Shown: piece by piece, positions 15,217 to 29,074 of the stretch
How positions within the stretch are numbered: position 1 is the first letter of the stretch
How the letters are laid out: each line of letters starts with the position of its first letter
NCBI RefSeq assembly: GCF_009914755.1
Contig: NC_060944.1
Source of the DNA: the human T2T-CHM13v2.0 reference genome, Homo sapiens
Reading direction: 5' to 3' (one strand)
Length of the DNA stretch: 64,000 nucleotides
The notes under the pieces: generated by a model
Database searches by the model: none
The model's input: the letters and a program-made list of their open reading frames with translations, nothing else
Told to the model about the DNA's origin: nothing
Position numbers and translations under genes: made by a program

Positions 15217-15650
15217 TAATTCATTCAACAAATATTTATTAAATACAAGTTATAGGCCAGATACTAGGTTATGTGTAGGGGACACAAGCAAAGCAGATAA
15301 GCTCCTAGCTCTCTTGGGCTCCCAGTCAAACTGGGAGGTGAACAGTAGTTACCAAAAAAGAAAGTATGATTGCAAGCTATGAAGAACTGTGAAAAAATGA
15401 GCATGTTTAACATGAATGTATGATTGAAGTCTCTGACTTAGTTCAGGTGGACAAAAGAAGGCTTTCTGGAGGAAGTAACTTTTGAGTAGAGGTGTGAAGT
15501 TTAAGGAGCAAACAAGGCAAAGGCAAAAAAAAAAAAAAAAAAAAAAAAACAGCAAGTGTGGAGGACCTGTGAGAATAGGGTGCCTTTCACCCGGGAAGGA
15601 TTGAAAGCAAGCCCAGGTGGCCGCAGCACAGAGATGCGGGCCGTGCCTAG
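15217..15650 (-). mobile_element. L2
   Basis: attcattcaacaaatatttattaaa...aggctttctggaggaagtaacttttgag. Confidence 0.7.
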
Positions 15651-16096
15651 TCAGAAGAGCAAGACTTATAAATATTGCAGCCAGCAGTTAGCTGCCGGCT
15701 GGGATTGCGGGGGTCTCTCTGGATGCCAAGTGAATGTTAGAACAGACTCATTAGCTCTCTTTTTAGTCCCTTTTTGTCTCCTTGCACTCCTAAAAAGGAA
15801 GCCATCTCTGATCCTTGACTTTCCCCTAATCTTACTTCCTGAGGACTCCCATTTTTCTCAATCAAACCCACTAGTCCTGTTGTAATAATAAGAAAGAGGA
15901 CCCTTTCTACTCCCCAAAGGATTGAAAGAACACCTTAAACTGTGTGCAGTATCCACTTTCCCCATATATGATAGCCCATGGCTGTGATCCACACAAAAAT
16001 GTTTACTGAGTGTTTACAAGTGTCAGGAATCAAGGGAGATGCTGGGAGTCAGTAAATATGTATGGTCTTTGACCACATGGAGCTTGCTGTCTACCA

Positions 16097-16284
16097 CAAT
16101 GATTTTTCAAAGAGTGGTCCCTGGACCAGCAGCATCCGCATGACCTGGGAACTTGTTAGGAATGCAGATCCCTATGCCCCACTCCAGACCAACTGAATGA
16201 GAAATTCTGGGGTGACGCCCAGCAATCTGTGTTTTAGTAAAGCTTCCACGTAATGCGGCTGCTGGTAATGTTTGAGATCTAGTG
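16097..16284. mobile_element. MER5A
   Basis: gtggtccctggaccagcagcatc...acctgggaacttgttaggaatgcaga...cccagcaatctgtgtttta. Confidence 0.85.
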
Positions 16285-17023
16285 GATGTTTGCTTTGGTG
16301 GATTTTAAGTTAACCAAGTACTTTCACAGACATTATTTTCTCCCATGTTCTTATTTAATTATTTAGATTTCAAAATGTGAAATATTTCAAATGTACAGAA
16401 AATAAGACACCAATGTGTACCCACTTTTCAAATAGTATGAATGCTATCACTTTGTCATGTTTCCTTCAGGTATTATTTTAGTTTTTGGAAAACAAATGGA
16501 ATTTTCCAGGTTCAAATGCAATTCCACCTCCCATTTCTTTCCCATCCCATTCTTCCAAAGAAATCACCACTACTACTTGTAACACATGATGGGTTCCAGT
16601 TTTGCAAGTCTGACAAAAACAAGCTACATTGACCTATCCGTGTTGTGTTTTCTACTCCCTTCTCCCACTATTCAATACTAGGCAATCTTTGACAGCCAGG
16701 TTTAAAATATTTTGTGATTCAGAATTGAGAAAAGAGTAGACAAAGGAAGCTGCAGGCCTAGAGGAAATGGAGGAGGACTGAGAGAAAGAGAGAGAGAGAA
16801 AAGCTACGTTGATTACATATTGAAGGCCTGGGAAGGAAAGGAGTCTGAAGAGAAATGGAGGAAAGATGTACAGCTAGTGATGATTACAGTCAGGGGATTT
16901 GTTAAATGGGGAACTTTGAGGTAAGAGAATTGTAAAGAAGAGAAATAGGTTTTGGGAACGTTGTCCTGGTTTGTATCTTGAATATTGCTTCATGTGTTTT
17001 GAGAGACCTGCAAAAAGACTGGA

Positions 17024-17331
<308 letters not shown>

Positions 17332-17389
17332 TAAAAATCACTACTTCATGGCTAGCTTGGGTTTCTTTGAATGAACTTCTGTGAAGGTA

Positions 17390-17504
17390 CTCAGCCTCCC
17401 AAGTAGCTGGGATTACAGGTGCCTGCCACCATGCCCAGCTAATTTTTGTATTTTTTTTTTTTAGTAGAGATAGGGTTTCACCATATTGGCCAGGATGGTC
17501 TCGA
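17390..17504 (-). mobile_element. Internal Alu fragment lacking both ends
   Basis: ctcagcctccc...ggtctcga. No poly(A) tail and no TSD. Confidence 0.9.
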
Positions 17505-17573
17505 GGCTCAAGATTTATTAGGGTTACACTAGATATGCCACTGGCAGAGAGGTACTTAAAGAATACAAGGTTT

Positions 17574-17876
<303 letters not shown>

Positions 17877-17920
17877 TCAAGTGTGGCCCCTGGACCAGTG
17901 TTAGGGCCTTACTGTTTAAG

Positions 17921-18101
17921 CCAGAATTGGCAAACTGTGGCCTACAGGCCAATTCTGGGCACACTCATTCATCGTTGTATTGCCTTTGGCTGCTTTCAGC
18001 CTATAATGGCCATGTTGAGTAGCTGTGATGGAGACCCTATGGCCCATAAAGCCTAAAAGACTTACTGTCTTGTCTTTTACAGACAAGTTTGCTGATGGCT
18101 G
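17921..18101 (-). mobile_element. MER58A
   Basis: ttggcaaactgtggcctacaggccaa...gttgagtagctgtgatggagacc...tttacagacaagtttgctga. Confidence 0.75.
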
Positions 18102-18201
18102 ACTTAAATTTTAAGCCAATGGTGCATTTTTTCTCTCTATAAGAACTGGTTCAGAGAGAGATCCATGAATCAAATCAGGCTAGTAAAAGGCAACGAAACT
18201 C

Positions 18202-18605
<404 letters not shown>

Positions 18606-18773
18606 CTAAAGCTCCAGAACCCATGGACACATCTGACATCACTGTGAGGGAAGGTCTACCTAAGACAGGAGAGATGTAAAGGAGACAGAGCTGATAAATT
18701 CAGAGAAAGAGACTGGCGCTCTGGACCAGGCTTGTCCTGAGGCCCCTGGAGCTTTCGTTACATGAGGAATATA

Positions 18774-19099
18774 TAGTTGTCCCTTGGTATCTATTGGGAA
18801 TCAGTTTTAGGAAACTTCTCTCCCCTCCATGGATAGCAAAATCCATAAACACTCAAGTCCCTGATATAAAATGGCAAATGGTATTTCCATAAGTCCTATG
18901 CACATCTCCCCATATCCTAGTTTAAACCATCTCTAGATGGTTTATAATACCTAATACAATGTAAATGCTATGTAAATAGTTGTTATGCTATTGACTTGCA
19001 TTATTTTTTATTACTGTATTGTTCTTTTTTTCAAATGTTTTCAAACCATAGTTGGTTGAATTCAGGGATGCGGGGCCTTCAGATACAGAGGGCCGATTG
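18774..19099. mobile_element. MER2 (TcMar-Tigger)
   Basis: agttgtcccttggtatct...ctcaagtccctgatataaaatggc...ataatacctaatacaatgtaaatgctatgtaaatagttg...gatacagagggccgattg, flanked by TA. Confidence 0.85.
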
Positions 19100-19611
19100 T
19101 ATTCCTTTTGCTAGTTATTGTTCATATCTTTTAGGCTGGTGTTTCTGTTACTGGCAACCTGGAATTTCCCATCTAATTCAGAGTCTATTATCTTCTTTAT
19201 TCATTTGACCTGAGTGCCTTCTATAAAGATTTGTTAATCAAGAAGCATTTTTTGACCACTGAAGTCTACTCACAACTGTATGGATTAGTTCAGGAAAGTG
19301 AGAACACCCGCTGAAGGGTGAACACCAACCAAATAAAACCAAAAATTGAAAGAAAGGAAAAAAAAGACTAAAGGAGAAAAGAAATGAGATTACTTACCCA
19401 AGGGTCATTTTGAGATACTTGTTCTCTAGGGATGAACATTCTGCAATAGAGATATCAGCAAACATACAGACAGTCAGATATGAAATGATAAATACAAATA
19501 ATTTTACAAGGACTATAAAGCTCATTATTGGCAACAGGTATTCTGGGGGGAGTGTCTCAGCTGTATGGTTGCTATTCACCAGACAGCAAAAGCTGGAATG
19601 AAAAAATAAAA

Positions 19612-19788
19612 GCGAGGGGAGGGAGAGCATGAGGACAAATACCTAATGCATGCGGGGCTTAAAACCTAGATGACGGGTTGATAGGTGCAGCAAACCACCA
19701 TGGCACATGTATACCTATGTAACAAACCTACAGGTTCTGCACTTGTATCCCAGAACTTAAAGTAAAATTTAAAAAAAATTTAAAAAAC
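19612..19788 (+). mobile_element. 5'-truncated L1PA (PA7/8-like) 3' UTR
   Basis: ggacaaatacctaatgcatgcggggcttaaaacctagatgacgggttgataggtgcagcaaaccaccatggcac...cagaacttaaagta plus A tail. Confidence 0.9.
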
Positions 19789-20019
19789 ACAAAGTAAAAG
19801 ACCCAGACTTTTAGTTCCTGACTATGCCAGTAACTCATAAGTCATTTTCCCATTTGTTGATGCCATTCATCACTCCAATATTATTTATTGAGCATCTACT
19901 ACAAATGATAAGCACTGTTCTAAGTACTGGCCTCAATTTCTCCATCTGTAAAATTAGAGGATGAGATCGGATGATTCCTGCAGTGCCTTCCCTCGCTTGC
20001 CTTTTCAAGAGAATTTATC

Positions 20020-20250
20020 CTCCCCATGTTTCAGTTCAAACCCCTGCTCGACCATTTCCTGGCTGTGAGATATTGGGCAAGCCATTTAATCTCTCTGCAT
20101 ATTCATTTCTATTTCTGGGAAATAGGAATAATGACAGTATCTCTCTCAATGGATTGTTGTGATATTTAAATGGATTAATACATGCATCTACCGCAGTTCC
20201 CAGCACATAGTGAGTGCTATATAAATGTTAGTGCCATTATTATGATGATC
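20020..20250 (+). mobile_element. MIR
   Basis: ggctgtgagatattgggcaagccatttaatctctctg...cagcacatagtgagtgctatataaatgttag. Confidence 0.75.
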
Positions 20251-20529
20251 ATCTGTATTATTATTTAATAATAATTTCAGAAACTGAAGAGTTGGGTTTG
20301 AAAATGGGACTCCCCCCAAATACTAAAATATCCACATATTGCTTCACTTAGTTAGAACTGTTCTCACCCTGCTGAGCCTCTCTTTGGACATATAGCCAAA
20401 GCAATTTTTTTAAAATACCACAATGGTGTCAAACTGTTTGGGTGGTTTTTCCAGATGGGCATTTATATATACCCCGTTTATCATGGACATGATACCTGTG
20501 ACTCCTTCAGTTCATAATAAGCACAGAAC

Positions 20530-20760
20530 CAGCTGCCATTTATTCGGGTGCTCACTGTGTACCTGGCACTGTGCTAAAAATAAGCAGTGTGTTACTCTTC
20601 ATTGCAACCCCGTTGGGTAGAAATAATTACTAGACTCGTGTTACTGAGAAGGAAACTGGGGGTCAGGGAGGCCCAGTCCACAGCCAAGAAGTGGCAAGCG
20701 GGTCTGAGTTTAGGTGTGACTCCAAAGCCCACACTGCTGCACCTGACTCTATACTACCTT
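20530..20760 (-). mobile_element. MIR
   Basis: catttattcgggtgctcactgtgtacctggcactgtgctaa...ggaaactgggggtcagggagg. Confidence 0.7.
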
Positions 20761-22146
20761 TTAATTCAAAGTACCAAGATGAATAAAATTTTAAATATCC
20801 CCTGCTCTAAATGTCCTTTCCTGTAATTTCGGCTCAATTAACCAAATAAATTACATATGAAGAGTCAATCTTCTTGGACACAGTTATTCCACTTTATTAA
20901 AACAATACATAATATATGTATGTATGTATACACTATATTTAGGGGTACAAATAAGTGCCCCTAACGTTCTTAAATATTCATAAAATTTTTATTTAGGAGT
21001 GTGTTTTATTCATTTAAGCATTAATGTATATAGATCGTTAACTATTTAACAGAAAGATTGGCATTGGTAACCACTGTTAATTGATGATCAATCATAAAGA
21101 GACAAAGCAACTTTGATAATACAGTAAAACTCAATAGAAAGTTGGTTTGATTTGCTAAAATGTGATTGACTTACAGCCTTTCAGTATATACATTGCATAG
21201 GGTAAGCTTCACCTAGAATAGATCAAATTTAACCCAAGTTTGCTTCCATTTGATTTGATTGAGTGAAACAAGACTTTATAATAGCATTCCTTCTTCCACT
21301 CACTCAGTAAATCTTGCATTCCATGTTGGGGAAAGATTTTTCCAGGAGTATCTACATTAGTCAAAGAATGCACCTTCTTGGAAGCCTGTCTACCTTCATT
21401 AAATGGCTTTCAGAGCTCACAATGCAACTGAATAACGTGCATTATTCAAATGGTTTTCAATGCACATGAGGAAAAGGAGGTGTGCTCAGATGGGAGTGAT
21501 TTTAAGCAGCTCATCTGCACCACAGGAAATTCATTTATCCTTTGATTCTTATGCCATTTCGCTGGAGGCATATGTATTTCTAGTACCTATATAGTTTTGT
21601 GGGGGGCTTTGTAGCCACCTAAACCAGTCTGGTGAATAGTCATCACGCTTTTGAAAACACAACCAAATGCCTTGTAATTTTCTTAGGAACAATACTTTTT
21701 ATGCTTCTCCATTCTGGCTCAAAGGTACAGTGAGATGTTTTTACTAAATGGGCTTATTTTCTCCCACATGGAGTTTTAGACCCTGTGACAAATGTAATGA
21801 AATCTGTCAGTCTTTTCCACCTAGACACAGAAAACTAGGTGCAGTGTTCTGTCTTTGCCAATATGAGGTGAAAAGGATGGGGGTGAGGGGTGCTTTTAAG
21901 ACGGCTTGCAACTTTGGAGCTTGGATCGAAGACATATGCAGTCTCCAAAGAGATAGATGGAGCACATGCAGGAGAGAGTAAGCATTTGCAAAAAGAGCCC
22001 CCAGAATCCTTCTTGACAAGCATTTTGCATGCAGTTAAATAGACAAATGTATTCTGCTGCCAGGATTTTGCAGGAATCATATTTGATGTCTGTCACCAAA
22101 AAGATTCTTGGGCACTGGTGGAGTGACAAACCGTTACTCCTTAGAG

Positions 22147-22305
22147 CAGTGACTCTCAAACTTGAGCATGCATCAGAATTACCTGGAGGGCTTGTTAAAA
22201 CACAGATTGCTGGGCCCCTTCCGCAGAGTTTCTGACTCAGTAGGTCTGGGGTGGGGCCCACGTGATGCTGATGCCACTAGACTGGGGACCTTTAAGAACC
22301 ACTAC
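22147..22305. mobile_element. MER5A
   Basis: cagtgactctcaaacttgagcatgcatcagaattacctggagggcttgttaaaacacagattgctgggcccc. Confidence 0.85.
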
Positions 22306-25231
22306 CTTAGAGTGATCAAAGAGGGTAAGCTTGAAGATCCTCCACCCATAAAAGTCTACTATCTGAGGACTGTCAGGACCTGTGCTTTCGTGATTACAAT
22401 TTATGCTAAGATACCAAAACCCGTGAAGCAACATGAGACCCCCCAGAAGAAATTTTCTTAGTGAGAAGTTGGTTTAATTTTTTTCTTTCATATCTCTACC
22501 ACTCATAGCTTCCTAGACATGTCTAATCAGCATTGCCCTTTCCACCTCTTGTTTGTGAAACTATACTTTCTGAAACTCCTGTCTTGCTTTCCATCTGATA
22601 GAAAAGCCAGCAGCTCACAGAATGCATTACACAAGCTAATGCTTTAGGCTAGATGTTCCAGAGGTGATTCAAGTCGATGAACAAAGCCTCCATTTATGAT
22701 ACCTATGTACATTCTCAACCGATATGTTCTTGGTGATGGCAACTATTAACATTTTCTCAGCATTTCAGGGATTTACATTTGACCCCCAAAGTGAGCCAGC
22801 TCTGGGCTCCACGGACCCATAACGTGCATTGAGTACCATTGCTAATAAACATTTACAACGTGGTGTGCACAGGCCCCGCTCCATGAGGCCTATTTGTGAG
22901 AACATAGCGAGTGATCTGTATTTAGGCCAGCATCTCACACCACATTAAAGAGATTGGTTTGTTCTTATTACATTGCTTTGTCACTTGCATTTGCATCTCC
23001 AACATTCCCCACACCCCAGCACAATAGTTTGGAATGCTGAGGTATCCACAACTTTCCCCAATCCTTGGGAGCAATATTTGGAAAGGAGAGTGGCGAGGGC
23101 TGCTTTTGCAACAACGTCAGGGCAGCAAGAGTTCATTGTTTCTTTCCATCCAGCCACACAACAGCCTTCCTGTTTCTGCACCTAGAAACAGCTATTCGGA
23201 TAGAAGATGCAGGTTCAGTCCTGTTGACATCTGAGTGGGCAGAGAACTATCCTTTGAAATCTTGGCCCTTTCCTATCTACCTTGCCAAGAGTTGGCATTG
23301 CTTGGTTTAAATTTTGGTCGTTGCATTTCATGGTGCAGAAACCCCTTTACATATGTAGAAAGGGTGTGTTTATAAATCTACACCCACTGTGCATTTGTCT
23401 ATTTTTATATATGCATATTGCATAGTAATAGAGATTTTATGCATTGAATAAAACTATTTCCCCCAATTTCACTCGGTTTATCGTTCTGCTGAATAATTCA
23501 GCTACTATATGGACTTCATGGACTTTTGCTTGATAAATTCACTATTCAGAGCTTTTCCATCCATTGGAATTTTTAATCAGGTTGAAGCCCATCATGTTGA
23601 GATCAAAGCTGGGAATAATGATGTTACCAATCTATGTTTTAGCCAAAGGATGTTCCTTAGAGCGCACGTCCTCAAATCGCTTAGTCGCTAGCTGAAGTGT
23701 AAGAGAATTTATGATGCTAAATAAAACCAGGAGGAAAAAAAAGATGTTTTAATAAGATGGAAATCCAAATGTTAAAATAATGAGCCATCTGCATGGGTGG
23801 CCCTCTCTTGAGAGAGATGCCAAGAGCTTTGCCATCTGTGAAACATTTACCAGCTGTTTCCTTCCTTTTTTGTGAACATAAGAAATCCTTGCAGTTGGTG
23901 TTTCTAAGTGATACATCATAGAGAAGAAAACAGGTTTGCCCAACTTCAGGAAGACTGGACAGAGCTGAATTAACCAAATAATAATTTTGGCAACTGCAGA
24001 GGTGTACACCAGTGTGCCACTCTTCTTCCCGCAGATCCCTTTTCTGAACCTCAATAGAGGGCACGGAAGATGAAAAGGGATCGGGAAATGAATCACATCC
24101 CACGAGGTCATTTAAAACTGAATGTTTGCAGAGAAAGTCTGTGCCTGCTCACTCGACTGCCTGCAAGCTGGTTTTACCTTCTGAGTATTCAAGCAAGGTT
24201 TGGACTAAATTGTAATCCAACTGAAATGGGGAAAGGTGTCTAAAGCAGTCCAAATATTTTTGAACATGTCTTTCCTTTTTCTTTCTCTTCTCTGATCACT
24301 GTTTCACATATCTGCCAGTCAGCCCTGTATTCCTGCTGCTTTTGCCCTGACAGGCACCTTATCTTGGTTGCCTGAGTTCTGTATGGTCTTAGGATCTGAG
24401 CAGAGTGCCATGCATGAATTTAACTTTGCCGCCGGCTCTGATCCGAGGCAATGTGCCCAGCGATAAAATCCTCACAGTGTGGGGTGCTGATCTATCGATG
24501 CCTCCCCAGGTTCCTGCTTTTTTTTTTTTAACCTCCCTGTTCTATCGCCAGAATCTGACAGAATTTTATTTTTTCTTCGACTGCCATCTTTTCTACTTCA
24601 TTAACTGTCAAATGCATTTCAGGGAACATAACCTAACAAGAAGGTTTAGCTAATGAATGTGAAGTCTTTCAGGTGTTCCCCTCAGGTGTCATTCCTGAGG
24701 AGTTTAGGAAAGCTTTAGGTCATTTTTCAAAAAATAATTTTTCTAAGGCCATATGCAGTGAAACAGGGGGGATATGAATCTTTGGACTGCGGCTGCTCTC
24801 GCTCCAGCGCCTCAGTGTTAAGCCAAACCTTAGGGGGAAAGAAAATCAAGACTCATGGCTTCCTCCTGGAAAACCCAAGAGTCCTAACAGCAGAATTGCT
24901 GGCATTCTTTAACGGGTGATTTCACATATCCGATCAGAGGGATGTGCACTGTGAGAATCGCATTTCATGTAAAGTAAGGGCATAAAGGAATTTTTCTAGG
25001 TCATTCAGCAAAGCAAAGTTAACCTCACTTTCCAAGCCAGAGGAAATTTCCAGATGCTTCATTCCCTTACTCACTCAACCACTATCTGAGAGCCTGCTGG
25101 ACTCTAGGCACTGTGTCCACTTCTGAGGTGGAGCTGGGAGCAAAGCTGCAGGTTCCCTACATGCAGAGAGCTTACAGGTCACGGTGGAGCCAATGAAACA
25201 CGACTTACAATCAAGGGTGAGGCTACTAAGT

Positions 25232-25467
25232 CAGTGGTTTTCAGCCAGAAGTAATTTTCCCACCACCATCACCACCACTAGGGGACATTTGGCAATGTCT
25301 GGAAATGCTTTTTAGCTGTCACAACTGGGAGGAGAAGTGCTACTGGCATCTAGCGGGTAGAGGCTGGGGATGCTTCTAAACATCCAATGCACAGGACAAC
25401 CCCCACAACAAGATAATGAGAGTTATGTGGCTCAGTAAGTCAATAGTACCACAACTGTGAAACTCTG
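25232..25467 (+). mobile_element. MER20
   Basis: aggggacatttggcaatgtctgga...tgctactggcatctagcgggtagaggctggggatgct...caatgcacaggacaacccccacaac. Confidence 0.85.
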
Positions 25468-26604
25468 TCCAAAGAGAATACCTGGAGGAGAGATGGGGGT
25501 GAACAGGTGAAAGGGTCAGCATGTCGTGTGCCTCGCCAAGAACCTAGACACCAAGGAGAAGAATCAAGAAAAGCAGGGATTTATGGGGCTCTTGAGCTAC
25601 CAGCCTTTGTCTGTTGTGTTCTAAGGCCACCTTGAAGGGCTTAACCCTTACACCGTGGCTGTCGCCTTTATCTTTTAATGACGTGACATAGTTACAAGAT
25701 ACAGCAGGACACAGGGGTGAAAGGAATGAAGAGAGACTGGAAGAGACAGGGATCAGTAGATGTAAAGGCTGGGAGGAGAGCTGTGGTACAGTTAAGAGAC
25801 TCTGAATTTCCAAAACAGCCATCAGATTTCTGGCTTGGAGGAGTAGGTGGTTGGAGGACAAACATCCAGAGAAGGGGTTTTCATTTTCAACTGCCCTCTC
25901 CATGTTACACCTTTATCAAAAGATGTGACCAGCACTTGTTCTTTACAAGCAGTACCTTCACAATCATCAGCAGTGTGTCTGATTCACATTTTCTGACAAC
26001 CCACGTGATAGATTTAATTATGCCCGTTTTCCAGTTGAGGCCATGGAAGACAGCATGGCCCTATCTACAAAACTGCTACAACCACCTGAGCAAAAGATAG
26101 ATTAACGAGATTTAAATGCCAGCCTGCTTTTCCAGGCAGGTAAATCTAGATGCCTATTTGTATAAATTCAAGTAGGTTACATATAGGTTATCTACTTAGA
26201 TATAATTATATTCTTCACATAGTACGTATAGTTGAGTGTGCAGTTTTATTTTATTATGTTTCCTAATTGAAACGAGCAGCAGCACAGAGCATCTAAAGTT
26301 ATTTTTAAACCAAAACTTGCTTATCTTAGGCTTGGGAGTACTTTCTATGGTATTGCCACTCACCTCTCCCAGGAAATATACCTTTCTAATTATGTTTGGG
26401 TTACTTAGCATTTTTTAATGCTATGGCACACAATGTTACAGCAGGACACATCAGTGCTTATAAATATGACAGGAGTAATTGACAGAAAAAATAAGAGTTA
26501 CACTCTAGACATTCACAATCTCTTCTATATTTTCCCATCTTTTCCCTTACACCGGGAGCCAGCAGGTATTTCTGCCAGAATACGCAGAAAGAAGGGAATA
26601 AACT

Positions 26605-26732
26605 TTAGAGACAGGCAGATGGGCTTACATCGTGGCAGTCTTATTGGCTAGGCAGTATTTGGCAAGCTATGTAACCTCTCTGAGCTGCAGCTTCCACCTA
26701 CAAACTCGAGGTAGCAATATCTTTCTTGTAAG

Positions 26733-26766
<34 letters not shown>

Positions 26767-26850
26767 AGTTTTGTGAATATGTTATTAAGCATATAAAACA
26801 CTGAGCCCAGTGCCTGGCATATGTAGAATTACTATTCAAAAATGTCAACT
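26605..26850 (+). mobile_element. MIR containing a (GT)n microsatellite at 26735-26763
   Basis: taacctctctgagctgcagcttcc...agcccagtgcctggcatatgtag. Confidence 0.7.
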
Positions 26851-27224
26851 CTTTTTGTATATTATCAAGCCTCGTGAAAACAGGCTGGGGTATGGGATGC
26901 AGAGAACTAACGCCATTCAAGCTTAGCTTAATGAAGAGAGATAATCTTTATTCTTGTGATAACGTATGTAAACATTTTAATTCCACTTTTCATAGGTAAC
27001 TGAAAAGATAGGGTGGTGCAGTTAAAAAAAATAGTGAGGAGAGAATTGGTGTACAATGTGATTTCAAATCCCGGGTCACCAACTTGGTATTTGTGTCAGA
27101 ATGGGCAACATCTATCTGAGTGCCAGTTTTGTTCCTACACAATGACTTATATAATTATTACCCTACAGGTTTGTGGAGAGGATGCAGTGGACAAGATATG
27201 CATTGTCCTTTACCGGGGGAAGAT

Positions 27225-27500
27225 TATACACACCAATCAGGCTTGCTTCATGTGACTTGCCTCAGCCAATCAAACATGAGCAAAAAATGACAATTGTCAC
27301 TTGGGCAACATCGTTTAAGAGCTGACTCTTTTTTCCCTTTGTTTCTCCATCAGCATGGGTGCCCGAGTGAAGGGAACATGGAGCAGGGCTGCAGGTGATC
27401 TATGACAGATCTTACAGCAGGAGCAGGAGCTTGACCTTTGTCGTAGCCACCAAGACGGTGGCATCATCCCTTGCTGCCTCATAAACTGGCCTTTCAAACA
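27225..27500 (+). mobile_element. MaLR LTR (MLT1I/J-like)
   Basis: catgtgacttgcctcagccaatcaaacatgagcaaaa...ctccatcagcatgggtgcccgagtgaagggaacatggagcag. Confidence 0.6.
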
Positions 27501-28304
27501 CAGAGAGTGTAGCGCCTTGAGCACAACTGCCAGCACGGGCCTATAAAATAACAACCCCCTTCGCCTTCACTGCCTCAAAGAAGGGGAAAAAAAGAAAAAC
27601 ATTTCCAGCGTTCTGTTGCTTTCTGACCTTGTGCTTTCTTTATTTGAATAATATTTACAGTATTTTGCCTCTTGCTTCCTCTGCCCCGAGGTCTTCATGG
27701 ACTCACAGTCCAGGTGCTGAGGCAATGGGACTGCTTCCCCCACACTTCGGTCTCCCTGACCGAAGCCTTAGGCTTCAGAGGGCTCCTCCCCTGGGAGTGC
27801 GAAGAGCATCCATTCCACACCCAAGTCCCCTCAGATGCTTCAGTCTGTGCGCATCGGGAAAGCAGTTTGGAGTCATGGACACCCTTGGCGCTTGCAAACT
27901 TCTGCGGAATCTGATTGAATCATGCCTTTCCTCCCAACAAGAACAAGACGTTCTTTATGCTACAGATGCAAGAAGCAAAGACTAGGGCAGCTACATAAAA
28001 CTCGCTTGGCTTTTCCATCTGAAATCCCAATGCCAGAGTCATGTCTGGGAGGGAGAGAAGACTGTCCGCACTTGATGTTATAGCTTACCTCACTTTTGCC
28101 CCTTTGTTCATTCTCACAAGGTCAAAAATGACAATTTCCTCCCAAAGATATTTTACCTAAAAAAAAAATGAGGAGAGGTAACCCACTTATAAAAACCCTG
28201 ATAGATTTTTGCATTTAAGCAACGAATATAGTAAGTACTGTTGAAATGTGCATCACATCCAGATGGGAAAATATCTTTCTGTAAACGCACTGCTTACCTG
28301 GACT

Positions 28305-28445
28305 TCTCTGTCTCAAGTACTCAATTCTGCCTTGGAGCATACAAGCAGCCATGGACAATATGTAAACAAATAGGCATGGTTGTGTTTCAATAAAACTTTA
28401 TTTATAAAAACAGGTTGTAGGCCAGATTTGTTTGCTGATTCCTGG
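28305..28445 (+). mobile_element. MER58A fragment
   Basis: gcagccatggacaatatgtaaacaaataggcatggttgtgtttcaataaaactttattt. Confidence 0.8.
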
Positions 28446-28536
28446 TCTTTTAGACCCCTGTTGGCAGGTATAGTTTGCTGAACTCTGGTATATTAGGTCT
28501 ACCCAGAAAGAGGTAAATATTTCTGAATGATTCTTT

Positions 28537-28848
28537 TTTTTTTCTTTTTCTTTTTTTTTTTTTTTTTTGAGACGGAGTCTCGCTCTGTCGTCCAGGTTGG
28601 AGTGCAGTGGCGCCATCTCTGCTCACTGGAAGCTCCACCTCCGGGGTTCACGCCATTCTCCTGCCTCAGCCTCCTGAGTAGCTGTGATTGCAGCCACTCA
28701 CTAGCACGCCCGGCTAATTTTTCTATTTTTAGTAGAGACGGGGTTTCACCGTGTAAGCCAGGATAGTCTCGATCTCCTGACCTCGTGATCTGCTCACCTG
28801 GGCCCCTCAAAGTGCTGGGATTACAGGCGTGAGCCACCGCGCCCGGCC
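28537..28848 (-). mobile_element. AluY, full length, unusually mutated
   Basis: Y diagnostics (ttcacgccattctcc, caccgtgt.agccaggat.gtctcgatctcctgacctcgtgatc). Perfect TSD tctgaatgattcttt at 28522-28536 and 28849-28863. Confidence 0.93.
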
Positions 28849-29074
28849 TCTGAATGATTCTTTAATTCAAGTCTTCATAAAAACAACATAAAGAATTAAT
28901 CAAGAGTAAAGTCAAAATTATATAGAAATATCTAAACTCTTTCACTTAGAGGTTACTATATTTAATATATGCATGTATATTTATATCAAACTAAAAAGTA
29001 TTACATAATCTGTGATAAGAACCTGTAGTTCCTCATAAAGAAATGGTAAAACCCTTGGAGAGCTGTTATATCAT

